Assembly (NCBI GenBank): GCA_020437385.1
Contig: JAGQWL010000143.1
Span: forward strand, 1-57,976
DNA: 57,976 bases
Reading direction: 5' to 3'
Source: Bacteroidota bacterium
GTDB taxonomy: Bacteria > Bacteroidota > Rhodothermia > Rhodothermales > JABDKH01
Part shown: positions 45,984-55,223 of the stretch, piece after piece
Layout: every line of letters begins with the position of its first letter
Numbering within the stretch: the stretch's first letter is position 1
Position numbers and translations under genes: made by a program
The notes under the pieces: model-generated
Seen by the model: only the letters and a program-made list of their open reading frames with translations
What the model was told of the DNA's origin: nothing
The model's database searches: none

Positions 45984-46332
45984 TCTTGGCTGTGATTGTC
46001 CGGTCCACCTGAGCGGGCCGGTGTTCGGCCGGGTCTGCTTGGCGGTTTCGTACGGATGGCGCTGCCATTTGTTACCCGGCGATTACGCGGATTGTGACGA
46101 ATCGCTGGTGTGAAAGGCGAGCAACCGGTGCGTACCTTGAGGTGCCGGAGCCGCAGAACCCTTCCGCTGCGTGCCACAATCGGGAGTGGAGCCCGTTTCG
46201 TAACAAGAGAGCCCCTCGCGAGTACACTGGGGTTTGAACGCTTTGCGCGTCGAAATCCTGATTCCTGCGCTCGCGCCGGCGCAATACGAACCTGCACACC
46301 CCCCGACCCTGTCGCTCGTCGGGACCTGACTG

Positions 46333-48579
46333 ATGCCTCGACTCGGACTCTACGAAGCAACACAAAGTGTGAAGCGGCTGCGCGGTCGTTTCAACGTCCG
46401 CAACGCGCTGCTTGTCGCGGCAGTTGTTGCAGGCTCGGTGTCTGCAGTGGGGTATCACTTTCTCCGGTACACGGGACAGATCAACGGAGACGGAATGGCT
46501 CCGTGGCTGTATGCTTTCGGCGTACTGCTGACGTTCGGCGCGGCGTTTATCTATATGTCGTTTCGCTATCGGAAGCGGCCGACCTCCTTCATTCCCGTTT
46601 TCTGGGCGCCGATCGCTGCCGGACTCGTTTATCTAGCAGCAGGGTATCTCGTCAGCCAGATCGGACAGCCCTCGCTTCCAGACGACCTGAACCTGAACGT
46701 TCAGCTTCAGGGATTTGACCTCGACACTGGCCGGCCGTTAACGGTGGCCACCATTCTGAAGATGAACGTGATCACGCTCTTTCAGGCCGCGTTCTGCTTC
46801 ATACTTCTGTTGCGCATCAGAAGCCTCGTCAACGTCAGGCGAACGCGCACGAGCGAGCGCAACTGGAATATTCTCCTGGGCCTGATGGTTTTTGCGTCAC
46901 TGCTCGTGTTCATGCGGTCGCCGCGACAGGGTCTGAACGTGATTCAGAGTCTTGCACTTGTGCCGGCTGTCGGGATGATGGTCGTCAATTCATTTCGGAT
47001 GTCCTGGATCGTATATCTGCCGTTTCGGGATAAGCTAGCGGTGATTGGGCTCTCTTTCCTGCTCCTGATTCTGCTGGTGTCGGTCGGGGTGATGGACGAA
47101 CAACTGCTGGGTGCGTTCAACTTCGTGCCGTTCAGTTACACCTTCGTGCGATTCTACAGCTACCCGCTGTCTGTATTCTTTACGCTGTCGATCATCTTCG
47201 GGATCATCTATTGCACAACGACGATCCTGTCGCTTCTTTTCCACCTTCCGACCGCCAGCGCATTTCAGCAGAAGGCCGGCGAGGTCGCCGCGATCCATTC
47301 ATTAACGGAGCTTGTCGGTCAGGTCTTTGAACCTGATGCGCTCTACAGCACGATCACTGCTGCGCCGGTGGAGGCTGGGCTTGCAGACGCGTCGTGGTTG
47401 CTGATGACGCGTGCCACCGAGGCGGGCGTCGTGCCGACGGTCGAATCGACGTTTCGAATTTCTCCTGGACGACTTCGGGAAAAGATCGATGTGTCCGCCC
47501 TGTATTCGGACATTCAGTCGAAACGCAAGCCAGTCATTCTGGGAAGTGCGCCGGCCGACCACCGGATATCGGCTCGACCAGGAGAAGGAATCGGAAGTCT
47601 CGTGGCGATTCCCCTGATGGCTCGATCCGAACTGCTCGGCGCGCTCATGGTGACAAAGGAGGTGACGCAGGGATTCGAGCCAGACGACGTGCTCGCGCTA
47701 TCGGTTTACTGCGATCAGGCCGCTCTCGCGCTCGACAGGGCCCATCTCTTCGAAGAACGACTTGAAAAGGAACGGCTCGAAAGGGAGCTGGCCATCGCTC
47801 GCGAGGTGCAGTCAAAGCTGCTTCCCCAGCAGATTCCCTGCATTCGCGGACTCACGATCCACGCGTCCAGTACGCCGGCTCAAGAAGTAGGTGGCGACTA
47901 TTACGACTTCGCCGTTCTTGACGAGAATCGTCTTGCTTTCGTGATTGCGGACGTCTCCGGAAAAGGCACCTCGGCAGCCTTTTACATGGCGGTGATGCAG
48001 GGCATTTTCTCGGCCGTTTCGGCCATCGCGGATTCGCCGCGTGCCTTCCTGATCGCTGCCAACGAAGCGCTCGTGCGCGTTCTGGAGAAGAACATCTTCA
48101 TCTCGGTATTGTACGGCGTCATCGACTCCGAGAAGGAGACGATATCGATCGCACGAGCGGGCCACTGCCCAGCGGCAACGATCGACCTCGACGGTCGCGC
48201 CTCGCTCTGGCGGCTGGACGGTATGGGGCTTGGACTCGATCCCAGCGGCGCGATTTTCGCAAAGTCGCTTGTGGAGGAAACGCGCCGCCTGAGCCCGGGC
48301 GATGTCTTTGTTCTCTACACGGACGGCGTTATCGAAAGTCGCAGCGCGACTGGTGACGAGTACGGGTTCGACAGAATACTTTCCGTTTTGGAGCAGAACC
48401 GCCATGAGGATGTCGACGACCTCCACGGCGCCTTGATCGGCGACCTCGATTCCTTTGTGGAGAACGGCGCTTACGGCGACGACACGACGGTCGTCGTGAT
48501 CAAATGGCACGGAAGTGCCTTCATGCCATCAGAAACGATGTCTCGGATGCTGGGTACGAGAACCACAACTGGCGAATGA
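46333..48579 (+). CDS. Polytopic membrane sensor with GAF domain and PP2C/SpoIIE-type serine phosphatase domain (RsbU-like)
   Basis: The N-terminal ~330 aa are hydrophobic and contain many predicted TM helices. A GAF-like middle region follows (IGSLVAIPLMARSELLGALMV). The C-terminal PP2C_SIG motifs include EVGGDYYDF, FVIADVSGKGTSAAFYM, GHCPA, LYTDGVIE and DDTTVVVIK. Confidence 0.9.
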   Translation: MPRLGLYEATQSVKRLRGRFNVRNALLVAAVVAGSVSAVGYHFLRYTGQINGDGMAPWLYAFGVLLTFGAAFIYMSFRYRKRPTSFIPVFWAPIAAGLVYLAAGYLVSQIGQPSLPDDLNLNVQLQGFDLDTGRPLTVATILKMNVITLFQAAFCFILLLRIRSLVNVRRTRTSERNWNILLGLMVFASLLVFMRSPRQGLNVIQSLALVPAVGMMVVNSFRMSWIVYLPFRDKLAVIGLSFLLLILLVSVGVMDEQLLGAFNFVPFSYTFVRFYSYPLSVFFTLSIIFGIIYCTTTILSLLFHLPTASAFQQKAGEVAAIHSLTELVGQVFEPDALYSTITAAPVEAGLADASWLLMTRATEAGVVPTVESTFRISPGRLREKIDVSALYSDIQSKRKPVILGSAPADHRISARPGEGIGSLVAIPLMARSELLGALMVTKEVTQGFEPDDVLALSVYCDQAALALDRAHLFEERLEKERLERELAIAREVQSKLLPQQIPCIRGLTIHASSTPAQEVGGDYYDFAVLDENRLAFVIADVSGKGTSAAFYMAVMQGIFSAVSAIADSPRAFLIAANEALVRVLEKNIFISVLYGVIDSEKETISIARAGHCPAATIDLDGRASLWRLDGMGLGLDPSGAIFAKSLVEETRRLSPGDVFVLYTDGVIESRSATGDEYGFDRILSVLEQNRHEDVDDLHGALIGDLDSFVENGAYGDDTTVVVIKWHGSAFMPSETMSRMLGTRTTTGE

Positions 48580-48638
48580 CCCGCTCCGGCGGTATTATCG
48601 CACGCAGAGCACCTGATACTGACTCGAACAACAGATAA

Positions 48639-49001
48639 ATGAGCAATTTCTCGGTTGGATTCCGGTCGACCGGCACGTTTACGATCCTTGACCTGAATGG
48701 AGAGCTCGATGCCCACACGGCATCCGAGCTGGAGGCTGCGATTCAGAAATGCAAGGACGACAAGAGTTTCCAGATCATCGTCAACGGCAACCAGCTGCAG
48801 TACATCTCGTCGGCCGGACTCGGTGTCTTCATGGCCTACATCGAAGACGTGCGAGAGAACGGAGGCGACATCAAGATCGCCGCCCTGCAGCCGAAGGTTT
48901 TTAACGTCTTCGACCTTCTCGGCTTCCCGATGTTATTTGACATCGTGGACAACGAGCAGGAAGCAATGTCGCGTTTCGAAAACGGGTCAACCAAGAACTG
49001 A
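48639..49001 (+). CDS. STAS-domain anti-sigma-factor antagonist (RsbV/SpoIIAA-like)
   Basis: It is 120 aa. It carries ILDLNGELDAHTASELE and the phosphorylatable serine context LQYISSAGLGVF. Confidence 0.9.
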   Translation: MSNFSVGFRSTGTFTILDLNGELDAHTASELEAAIQKCKDDKSFQIIVNGNQLQYISSAGLGVFMAYIEDVRENGGDIKIAALQPKVFNVFDLLGFPMLFDIVDNEQEAMSRFENGSTKN

Positions 49002-49020
49002 TCGAATGATCAACGACTGA

Positions 49021-49722
49021 GTGCCGAACGCCGTTCACAGCATATCGATTCCCAGTTCGACGCGTCACCTTGGCAAGGTGAGACGCTTTGTCGAACGCTA
49101 CGCGATCGAGGCGGATTTCCCCGATGAAACCATCAACTCGCTTCAACTCGCAGTGGACGAGGCATGTGCCAACATCATCGAACACGCTTATACGGAGGAC
49201 CAGACCCCCGCAGGCTCTCGCTTCATCGACATTGACGTCATCATCAAGCCGGATCGTTTCATCGTCCGCATTCGCGACAAGGGACGCGCGTTTGAAACAA
49301 ACAAGTATCGAGAGCCGGATATCTTCCGGTATGCGAAGACCAAGAAGGCCGGCGGCTTTGGCGTGCACCTGATGCGCCAACTCATGGACCAGGTCGAATA
49401 TCGCACGCGAGGCGATTCGAATGAGTGCTGCCTGATTAAGTATCGGAGCAACAGCGACTCCTCATCGAGCAAGACTGCCGCAAAAAGAACGAAATCGGAA
49501 AAGACTGCAACGGGAAAGTCTGCATCGGGGGCTTCATCCGGAAGGAAGTCGACCAGCGGAACACAGACGAATTCGGTCAAGTCGTCGACCAAGGCTGCGC
49601 GGCCCGGCAGCAAGTCCACCAAGGACAGCGGGGCCGGCAAGTCTCGAACCTCCGGAAAGCGGGCTGGAAAGGCGGCTTCAAAGAAGAATACAGCTGCGAA
49701 GCCGGGTAAGCGCAAGAAGTGA
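49021..49722 (+). CDS. RsbW/SpoIIAB-like anti-sigma serine kinase (HATPase_c) with a ~90-aa Ser/Lys/Ala-rich basic C-terminal tail
   Basis: It has an N-box (VDEACANIIEHAY) and a G-box (GGFGVHLMRQLMD). From about residue 143 it becomes low-complexity (SDSSSSKTAAKRTKSEKTATGKSASG...KRAGKAASKKNTAAKPGKRKK). The start codon is GTG. Confidence 0.88.
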   Translation: MPNAVHSISIPSSTRHLGKVRRFVERYAIEADFPDETINSLQLAVDEACANIIEHAYTEDQTPAGSRFIDIDVIIKPDRFIVRIRDKGRAFETNKYREPDIFRYAKTKKAGGFGVHLMRQLMDQVEYRTRGDSNECCLIKYRSNSDSSSSKTAAKRTKSEKTATGKSASGASSGRKSTSGTQTNSVKSSTKAARPGSKSTKDSGAGKSRTSGKRAGKAASKKNTAAKPGKRKK

Positions 49723-49730
49723 TCGACGGA

Positions 49731-50453
49731 TCAGGCAATCGCTCGATAAAGTGACGCGATGCCAAAGGTCAATCGGTGCCATTCGGGCTCGACGAAGCCG
49801 CACTCCCTGAGCACGGTCATGAACCGCTCGCCATCCGGAAATGCTGCGACCGATTCGGGAAGATAGCGATATGCGCCGTCGTCCCGCGAGATCATCCCCC
49901 CGACGCGCGGGAGGATGTGTTTACTGTAGAAGGCGTACCCCTGCTTAACCGGAAACGCCGTGGGATGGCTGAACTCCAGTACCACCAGGGGTGTCCCCGG
50001 CTGCAGCACGCGACGGATTTCCTTCAGTCCGGCACGCAGGTCCCCGAAGTTGCGAACCCCGAACGCGACCAGTGCGGCGTCAAACGTTTTGTCAGCAAAG
50101 CCAAGGTCCTCTGCATCTCCCTTCTGCAACGCAATTCGATCCGAAAGATCTGCTTCGGCGATTTTCCGCCTGCCGACCTCGAGCATTTCTTCGGAGAGGT
50201 CAACGCCGACGATGGACTCGGGCTGGAGCCGCATTGCCGCCAATGCGAGATCCGCCGTCCCGGTAGCAACATCCAATATGTTCGTCGGCCTGAACGGCGC
50301 AATCAGATCCACCGCCTTCTTGCGCCAACCCTGGTCAATACCGAACGACAGAACCCTGTTGAGAAGGTCGTACCTGTGTGCGATCGCATCGAACATCGAT
50401 TCGACACGCGCCTTCTTTTCGGTGGACTCGCCGACTGGGGGAAAGTTGTTCAT
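49731..50453 (-). CDS. ubiE: Demethylmenaquinone / ubiquinone C-methyltransferase
   Basis: It carries VESMFDAIAHRYDLLNRVLSFGIDQGWRK and ILDVATGTADLA, and has a conserved UbiE/MenG C-terminus. Confidence 0.93.
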   Translation of the reverse strand: MNNFPPVGESTEKKARVESMFDAIAHRYDLLNRVLSFGIDQGWRKKAVDLIAPFRPTNILDVATGTADLALAAMRLQPESIVGVDLSEEMLEVGRRKIAEADLSDRIALQKGDAEDLGFADKTFDAALVAFGVRNFGDLRAGLKEIRRVLQPGTPLVVLEFSHPTAFPVKQGYAFYSKHILPRVGGMISRDDGAYRYLPESVAAFPDGERFMTVLRECGFVEPEWHRLTFGIASLYRAIA

Positions 50454-50480
50454 GGATTGGTGGCAGAAGCCGCCAGGTGC

Positions 50481-51464
50481 TTATGAAAGCATCTGGGCAA
50501 GCTTCAACAATTCGTAGTTGATATCCTTCTTGCGGCTCGTGACTTCGGACAGCGGAGTGTATTTGACGTCGCCATCTACCACACCCACCATTACGTCGTC
50601 AAAACCATCGAGTAGTGCCTTGACGGCACCCGTTCCGAGCCGACTTGCCAGCACGCGGTCGCGAGCCGAGGGCGGCCCGCCGCGCTGAGTGTGCCCGAGA
50701 ATACAGACGCGGATATCGATGTGATCGAACGCGCGATCCGAACCGAGCGCGTCTGCGATCGCCGGCGCGCCACCCAGGCCCTCGCCTTCAGCTACGACAA
50801 CAATCGAAGACCGGGACTGCGCCGACATCAGGGAGTGGATCCGGTTCTTGATGTGCAAGACATCCGATTCGAATTCGGGGATCAAGACCATCTCCGCACC
50901 ACCACCGATCGCGCAGTTCAGCGCGATGAAGCCCGAGTCGGCGCCCATCACCTCAACGAGAAAAAGCCGGTCATGTGCGTCAGCCGTATCGCGTATGCGA
51001 TCGATATTCTCGATCGCCGTGTTAAGAGCGGTGTCAAACCCGATCGTCTCGTCTGTTCCGAACAGGTTATTGTCGATCGTCCCCGGACAGCCAACGATGC
51101 GGGTGCCGTGCTCCTGCCGCATCAAATGCGCACCGCGGAGCGTCCCGTCTCCGCCGATGCCGACGAGGGCGTCGATGTCCGCCTTGCGCAGCTGTTCCGC
51201 CGCGACGGCCCTTCCCTCAGGCGTCTGGAACCGTTTGGAGCGGGCACTCTTGAGAATCGTGCCGCCCTTCTGAAGGATGTTGGAGACACTCTGACCGTCT
51301 ACCTCAACGAAATCCCCCTCGATCATGCCGGCGTAGCCCCGGCGGATGCCCACTATTTCGAGTTCCTCGACCTGAAGCGTTCGCGTCACCGCACGCACGC
51401 AGGCGTTCATTCCAGGTGCATCGCCCCCCGATGTATAGATGCCGACCCTTCTCAGTTCATTCAT
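50481..51464 (-). CDS. pfkA: ATP-dependent 6-phosphofructokinase
   Basis: It carries RVGIYTSGGDAPGMNA, GIGGDGTL, PGTIDND and LGHTQRGG. The ATG at 51464 overlaps the upstream stop by 1 nt. The track starts one codon earlier, at a TTG. Confidence 0.96.
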   Translation of the reverse strand: MNELRRVGIYTSGGDAPGMNACVRAVTRTLQVEELEIVGIRRGYAGMIEGDFVEVDGQSVSNILQKGGTILKSARSKRFQTPEGRAVAAEQLRKADIDALVGIGGDGTLRGAHLMRQEHGTRIVGCPGTIDNNLFGTDETIGFDTALNTAIENIDRIRDTADAHDRLFLVEVMGADSGFIALNCAIGGGAEMVLIPEFESDVLHIKNRIHSLMSAQSRSSIVVVAEGEGLGGAPAIADALGSDRAFDHIDIRVCILGHTQRGGPPSARDRVLASRLGTGAVKALLDGFDDVMVGVVDGDVKYTPLSEVTSRKKDINYELLKLAQMLS

Positions 51465-52405
51465 CAATGCTCGCGGCTGTCCGTTGGCCGCACGACTACA
51501 ATTCCAGTTTGTTTGCTGTTGCCCAGCACGTAGCCTGAAAGATCGGGAGAAATCTTGACTCCACCCGTGGTGGATGCGTGCAGGAATCCAAAAGTGCCGT
51601 CCCCATTGTCAAACGCGAGACCCGTGTGAGACACATCGAGACCGCCGACCGACGTCGAGATCGCAAGAATATCGCCCGGCATCAGATGCGAATAGACGGC
51701 AGCGATGCTGTCCTGCGGGATGTAATAAATCGGCGTCGCCGAGAGGGATGCCTCCATCTTCCGTATCCCGTCAAAAAGGCTGTCATTCTTCGCAAATCGC
51801 GGATACAGGTTCCTGTTTCGGCTCATGAAATTCGGCGAATCGTCCATCAGCCGTCCGCCGAGTTCAGCCGTCAGATTTCGAACGTTTCCGCGGGATTCGT
51901 TGTCGCGGATCCAGTCGCTGAAATAGTGGAGTCGGCTGCAGTAGCCGTCGATTGTCCCGCCTCGATAGCGAAGGTTCCTGATCCGCACGGCAAAGTCGGC
52001 AAACGACGTGTCTCCTTCGGCGATACCCTGCGAGGCGGCCAGTACCGTCTCGACAAAGAGGACGCAGTCAAAACGGCTGAGAGAGATCACCAGCTGCTCC
52101 TTCTCGGGAATGTCGAGCATCCCGCCCACGTACTCGGCGCCAAGAAATTCCTGTCCAACCGCCTGCATGATCTCACCCAGCGGTCGGGCCGCAAGGTTGC
52201 GAGACGCCGCCCGAGACATGAGTCGCTCGAAAACCTCCCGGTCGGTACTGTCCGAAGCGATGGCTTCTGATACGCGTGTTTGCGACTCAGCCAGCTTCAT
52301 CGGCGAAGCCGTGGCCCCGTCCTGCGCAAAGCACGAAAATCCTGAAGCCGATACAGCAAGCAGCAGCAATACCGACGATAGGCGGATTTGGTAAACCATA
52401 TGCAA
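51464..52405 (-). CDS. Secreted DUF1460-like (N-acetylmuramoyl-L-alanine amidase-like / NlpC-type fold) protein
   Basis: It has a signal peptide (LSSVLLLLAVSASGFSCFAQ). The segment RFDCVLFVETVLA and its overall length match my recollection of DUF1460. The family call was not verified. Confidence 0.55.
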   Translation of the reverse strand: MHMVYQIRLSSVLLLLAVSASGFSCFAQDGATASPMKLAESQTRVSEAIASDSTDREVFERLMSRAASRNLAARPLGEIMQAVGQEFLGAEYVGGMLDIPEKEQLVISLSRFDCVLFVETVLAASQGIAEGDTSFADFAVRIRNLRYRGGTIDGYCSRLHYFSDWIRDNESRGNVRNLTAELGGRLMDDSPNFMSRNRNLYPRFAKNDSLFDGIRKMEASLSATPIYYIPQDSIAAVYSHLMPGDILAISTSVGGLDVSHTGLAFDNGDGTFGFLHASTTGGVKISPDLSGYVLGNSKQTGIVVVRPTDSREH

Positions 52406-52697
52406 AACAGCTGAATAAAGCCGGGACGCCGCGGGCGCAATTGTTCGATGATTCGGAAAAAACTACCGAAGGGTAACGACTCCGCTTTCGCGTTTCTCTT
52501 AATTTCAAACGAATACGGTCCCGGGCGGATCAATCGATGGGAAAACGGCCGCGGATCCCTTGCGCGCTGCGGACCGGCGAATGCCCGGACTGTTTGTACG
52601 TGAATCCGGCGTGTTGGTCCGCATCTTGTAGTCCGCAATCGGAAGATTGCTCCCACCGTCTTATTACGCGCACATTGCGCGGTGCCCGAAGCAAAAG

Positions 52698-53444
52698 ATG
52701 CCCTCCCAGAAAACAGCCATCGTCCTCGGAATGCTGCGTAGCGGCACGTCCATGACAGCCGGATTGCTTGAGCGTCTGGGCGTCCAGATGGGCAACGAGA
52801 TGCTGCCGGCATCGCAAGGTAATCCGTTGGGGTACTTCGAGGATATGGATTTCTTTGACCTCAATCGTCGAATTCTTCGGCAGGCAGGTGGCGATATGCA
52901 CCATCCCCCCGCTCGCGAGGCGATTGCGGCACAGTCTGCGTCCTTTGAGAAAGAGATCGTGTCGGTACTGGGAGGCAGAGTCGAGGACTGCTGGGGCTGG
53001 AAAGATCCTGTCACGAGTCTGACACTTGACCTCTACCTGCCACATGTCGTCAACCCTCACCTGATCGTTTGCAGGCGAGATGTTGAAGCCGTAGTGACAT
53101 CGTACGACAAGAAAAAGACCGAGAACATCGACGCGCGTACAATGTGGCGGGAGTACAATAGCCGGATCGATGCGGTCCTTTCCGACAACCCGACGGTCCC
53201 GACCCTCGAGCTCTCCTATGAGCAGATGGTGATCAACGCCGAAGAAACGGTCGACGAACTGATCCGCTTCCTTGGCCTCTCTCCGAGCTCGGAGGAGCGA
53301 AACGCGGCAATCGAATCCGTTGCTTCCAAAGACGAGATCCGACGACTTCGCCGGCGCCAATTGATCAACGCCGGCCTTCGGCGGCCCTGGGCCGTTCCGG
53401 CCTACCTGCTTCGACGCCTGCGCCTGATGATGCAGAAGTCCTAG
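52698..53444 (+). CDS. Sulfotransferase family protein
   Basis: The ATG at 52698 gives MPSQKTAIVLGMLRSGTSMTAGLL, a 5'-PAPS-binding P-loop-like motif (RSGTS). Later segments (WGWKDPVTSL, LIVCRRDVEAVVTS) resemble the 3'-phosphate-binding region. The antisense ORF 52530..53489 is rejected. Confidence 0.75.
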   Translation: MPSQKTAIVLGMLRSGTSMTAGLLERLGVQMGNEMLPASQGNPLGYFEDMDFFDLNRRILRQAGGDMHHPPAREAIAAQSASFEKEIVSVLGGRVEDCWGWKDPVTSLTLDLYLPHVVNPHLIVCRRDVEAVVTSYDKKKTENIDARTMWREYNSRIDAVLSDNPTVPTLELSYEQMVINAEETVDELIRFLGLSPSSEERNAAIESVASKDEIRRLRRRQLINAGLRRPWAVPAYLLRRLRLMMQKS

Positions 53445-53466
53445 CAATCTGGATGCCGAGCGCGCG

Positions 53467-54528
53467 ATGAACGAGACGCCTTCAAACACCTACGAACTTT
53501 GCTATAGCTGGGGCGATGTTCAGCCATGGAATCCGTTCGCGGATGACCAGGAAATAAACGTGAACACTCCGTATTTCAGCGGCGTGTTCCGGTCGATGGA
53601 ACAGCATCTGAATGCGGCCCCGCTGAAATTCTACGTCACCTGGAACGTCCGGTCACTTCCCTCCTACGGAGACGATGTTGTCGCCGTCGTGCTCGGCGAC
53701 GAGTGGTGCAGGATTCCGGACTATGCCAATCGGGTCCGGGCCGTCTTCAAGTGTTACGGCTTCAAGCCCGCGACGGGAGCGCGGCTTTTTCGAACGCCCT
53801 CCCATCTGAACTTCCTTGCATGGATGCAATATTTGCGGATGCAGGCATACCGAACGCCCGGTGTCGCAAAGTCGATGGCGTCACGTCTGTCTGGATCGGG
53901 GCGAACCCCACTGTATCCTATTCCACTCGGATACGCAAATCAGATGGCACTCCCGATCCGGCCGCTGCAGGAACGGGGCGTGGACATCTACTTTGCGGGG
54001 AGCGTGGACCACACGGCCTACCCCATGTGGTCTGCAAAGAAGTGGCTCCAAACACCTAAGAGTCTCGCCAGGCAGGAGATGCTGGCGGCGCTGAAGGTCA
54101 TCGAGCAGCAGCGACCGGACCTGAATGTCAAGGTTGAGACCCAGGCAGGCTTCACACCGCATCGCATTCGCTCGACCGAATCCTCGCTGGAGCAGGAGAA
54201 GCGACGCTACTCGGAGGCGATGATGGACACGATCGTCTGCCCCGTACCTCGCGGAACCTCGCTTGAGACCTTTCGATATTTTGAGGGGATGCGTTACGGC
54301 TGCATCGTCATTACGGAAGCCTTGCCGCCCCACTGGTTCTACAACGGTTCGCCGACTCTGCGGGTCGAAAGATGGAGTGAACTGGGCGCGATGATCGATG
54401 GCCTGCTGGCGGATCCCGAAAGAATGAACACCATGCACACGGCTGCGCTCGAGTGGTGGGACAGGTATTGCTCCGAAGCGGCCGTCGGCAAGTTCATCGC
54501 GGACAAGCTCCGCGATACCGGACTATAG
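53467..54528 (+). CDS. Hypothetical protein, possibly an exostosin-like (GT47-like) glycosyltransferase
   Basis: This 353-aa ORF has good coding statistics. The C-terminal block DIYFAGS...YSEAMMDTIVCPVPRGTSLETFRYFEGMRYGCIVIT resembles the exostosin-family motif (S.F.L.P.G....R..EA...GCIPV). The assignment is tentative. Confidence 0.45.
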   Translation: MNETPSNTYELCYSWGDVQPWNPFADDQEINVNTPYFSGVFRSMEQHLNAAPLKFYVTWNVRSLPSYGDDVVAVVLGDEWCRIPDYANRVRAVFKCYGFKPATGARLFRTPSHLNFLAWMQYLRMQAYRTPGVAKSMASRLSGSGRTPLYPIPLGYANQMALPIRPLQERGVDIYFAGSVDHTAYPMWSAKKWLQTPKSLARQEMLAALKVIEQQRPDLNVKVETQAGFTPHRIRSTESSLEQEKRRYSEAMMDTIVCPVPRGTSLETFRYFEGMRYGCIVITEALPPHWFYNGSPTLRVERWSELGAMIDGLLADPERMNTMHTAALEWWDRYCSEAAVGKFIADKLRDTGL

Positions 54529-54536
54529 CCTGGCCG

Positions 54537-55109
54537 CTACCACAGATCATCCATCGAGATTGCTTCTCCCAGAAGCTGCTCGTATTCGATACGTGGGATC
54601 TCCGTCACGCCAAAGTGTTCGAGGTGTGGTGTAGAGAACTGAGTGTCGAGAAGGACGAATCCTGACGCTCGCAGATGTCGGACAAGGTGTACAAGTGCCA
54701 CCTTCGATGCGTCTGTAACCCGGTGAAACATGGACTCGCCAAAGAATGCACCTCCGATGGCGACTCCGTAGAGACCGCCAACCAACTCTCCACCCTGCCA
54801 GCATTCTACCGAGTGACCATATCCAGAATCAAAGACCTCGGTGTAGACTGCAATGATCTCTTCCGAAATCCACGTGTTGTCTCGAGCGGAGCATGCGCGC
54901 ATCACCGCCTCAAAGTCGGTATCGAATCTCACCTCGAAGAGCTCTCGCTCCACGACCTTTCTCAGACTCCGTGAAAGCCTGAACGAGTCGAGGGGAAGCA
55001 CGGCGCGAGGATCCGGCGCAAACCAGTAGATCGGACCGTCCCGCCCGTCTGCCATCGGGAAGACGCCGCTGCAGTACGCATTCAAAAGAACATTGGCGTT
55101 GAGGTCCAA
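54537..55109 (-). CDS. aat: Leucyl/phenylalanyl-tRNA--protein transferase
   Basis: It carries LLNAYCSGVFPM, YWFAPDPRAVL, GGLYGVAIGGAFFGESMF and the Aat signature blocks that follow. Confidence 0.93.
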   Translation of the reverse strand: MDLNANVLLNAYCSGVFPMADGRDGPIYWFAPDPRAVLPLDSFRLSRSLRKVVERELFEVRFDTDFEAVMRACSARDNTWISEEIIAVYTEVFDSGYGHSVECWQGGELVGGLYGVAIGGAFFGESMFHRVTDASKVALVHLVRHLRASGFVLLDTQFSTPHLEHFGVTEIPRIEYEQLLGEAISMDDLW

Positions 55110-55223
55110 CTTTGAGAGCGGTTTGATGAGCGCCGAACCGGAAATTGCACCGAGAAGCGTATATTTTCACGCTGGCTGTTTGAATGCCACGAAGAACCAC
55201 TGGTTCAATCACATTCCCGCGCA

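Noticed and set aside
52530-53489. 319-aa minus-strand ORF
   Set aside because: It is antisense to the sulfotransferase gene, which has a PAPS-loop motif and the better coding pattern.
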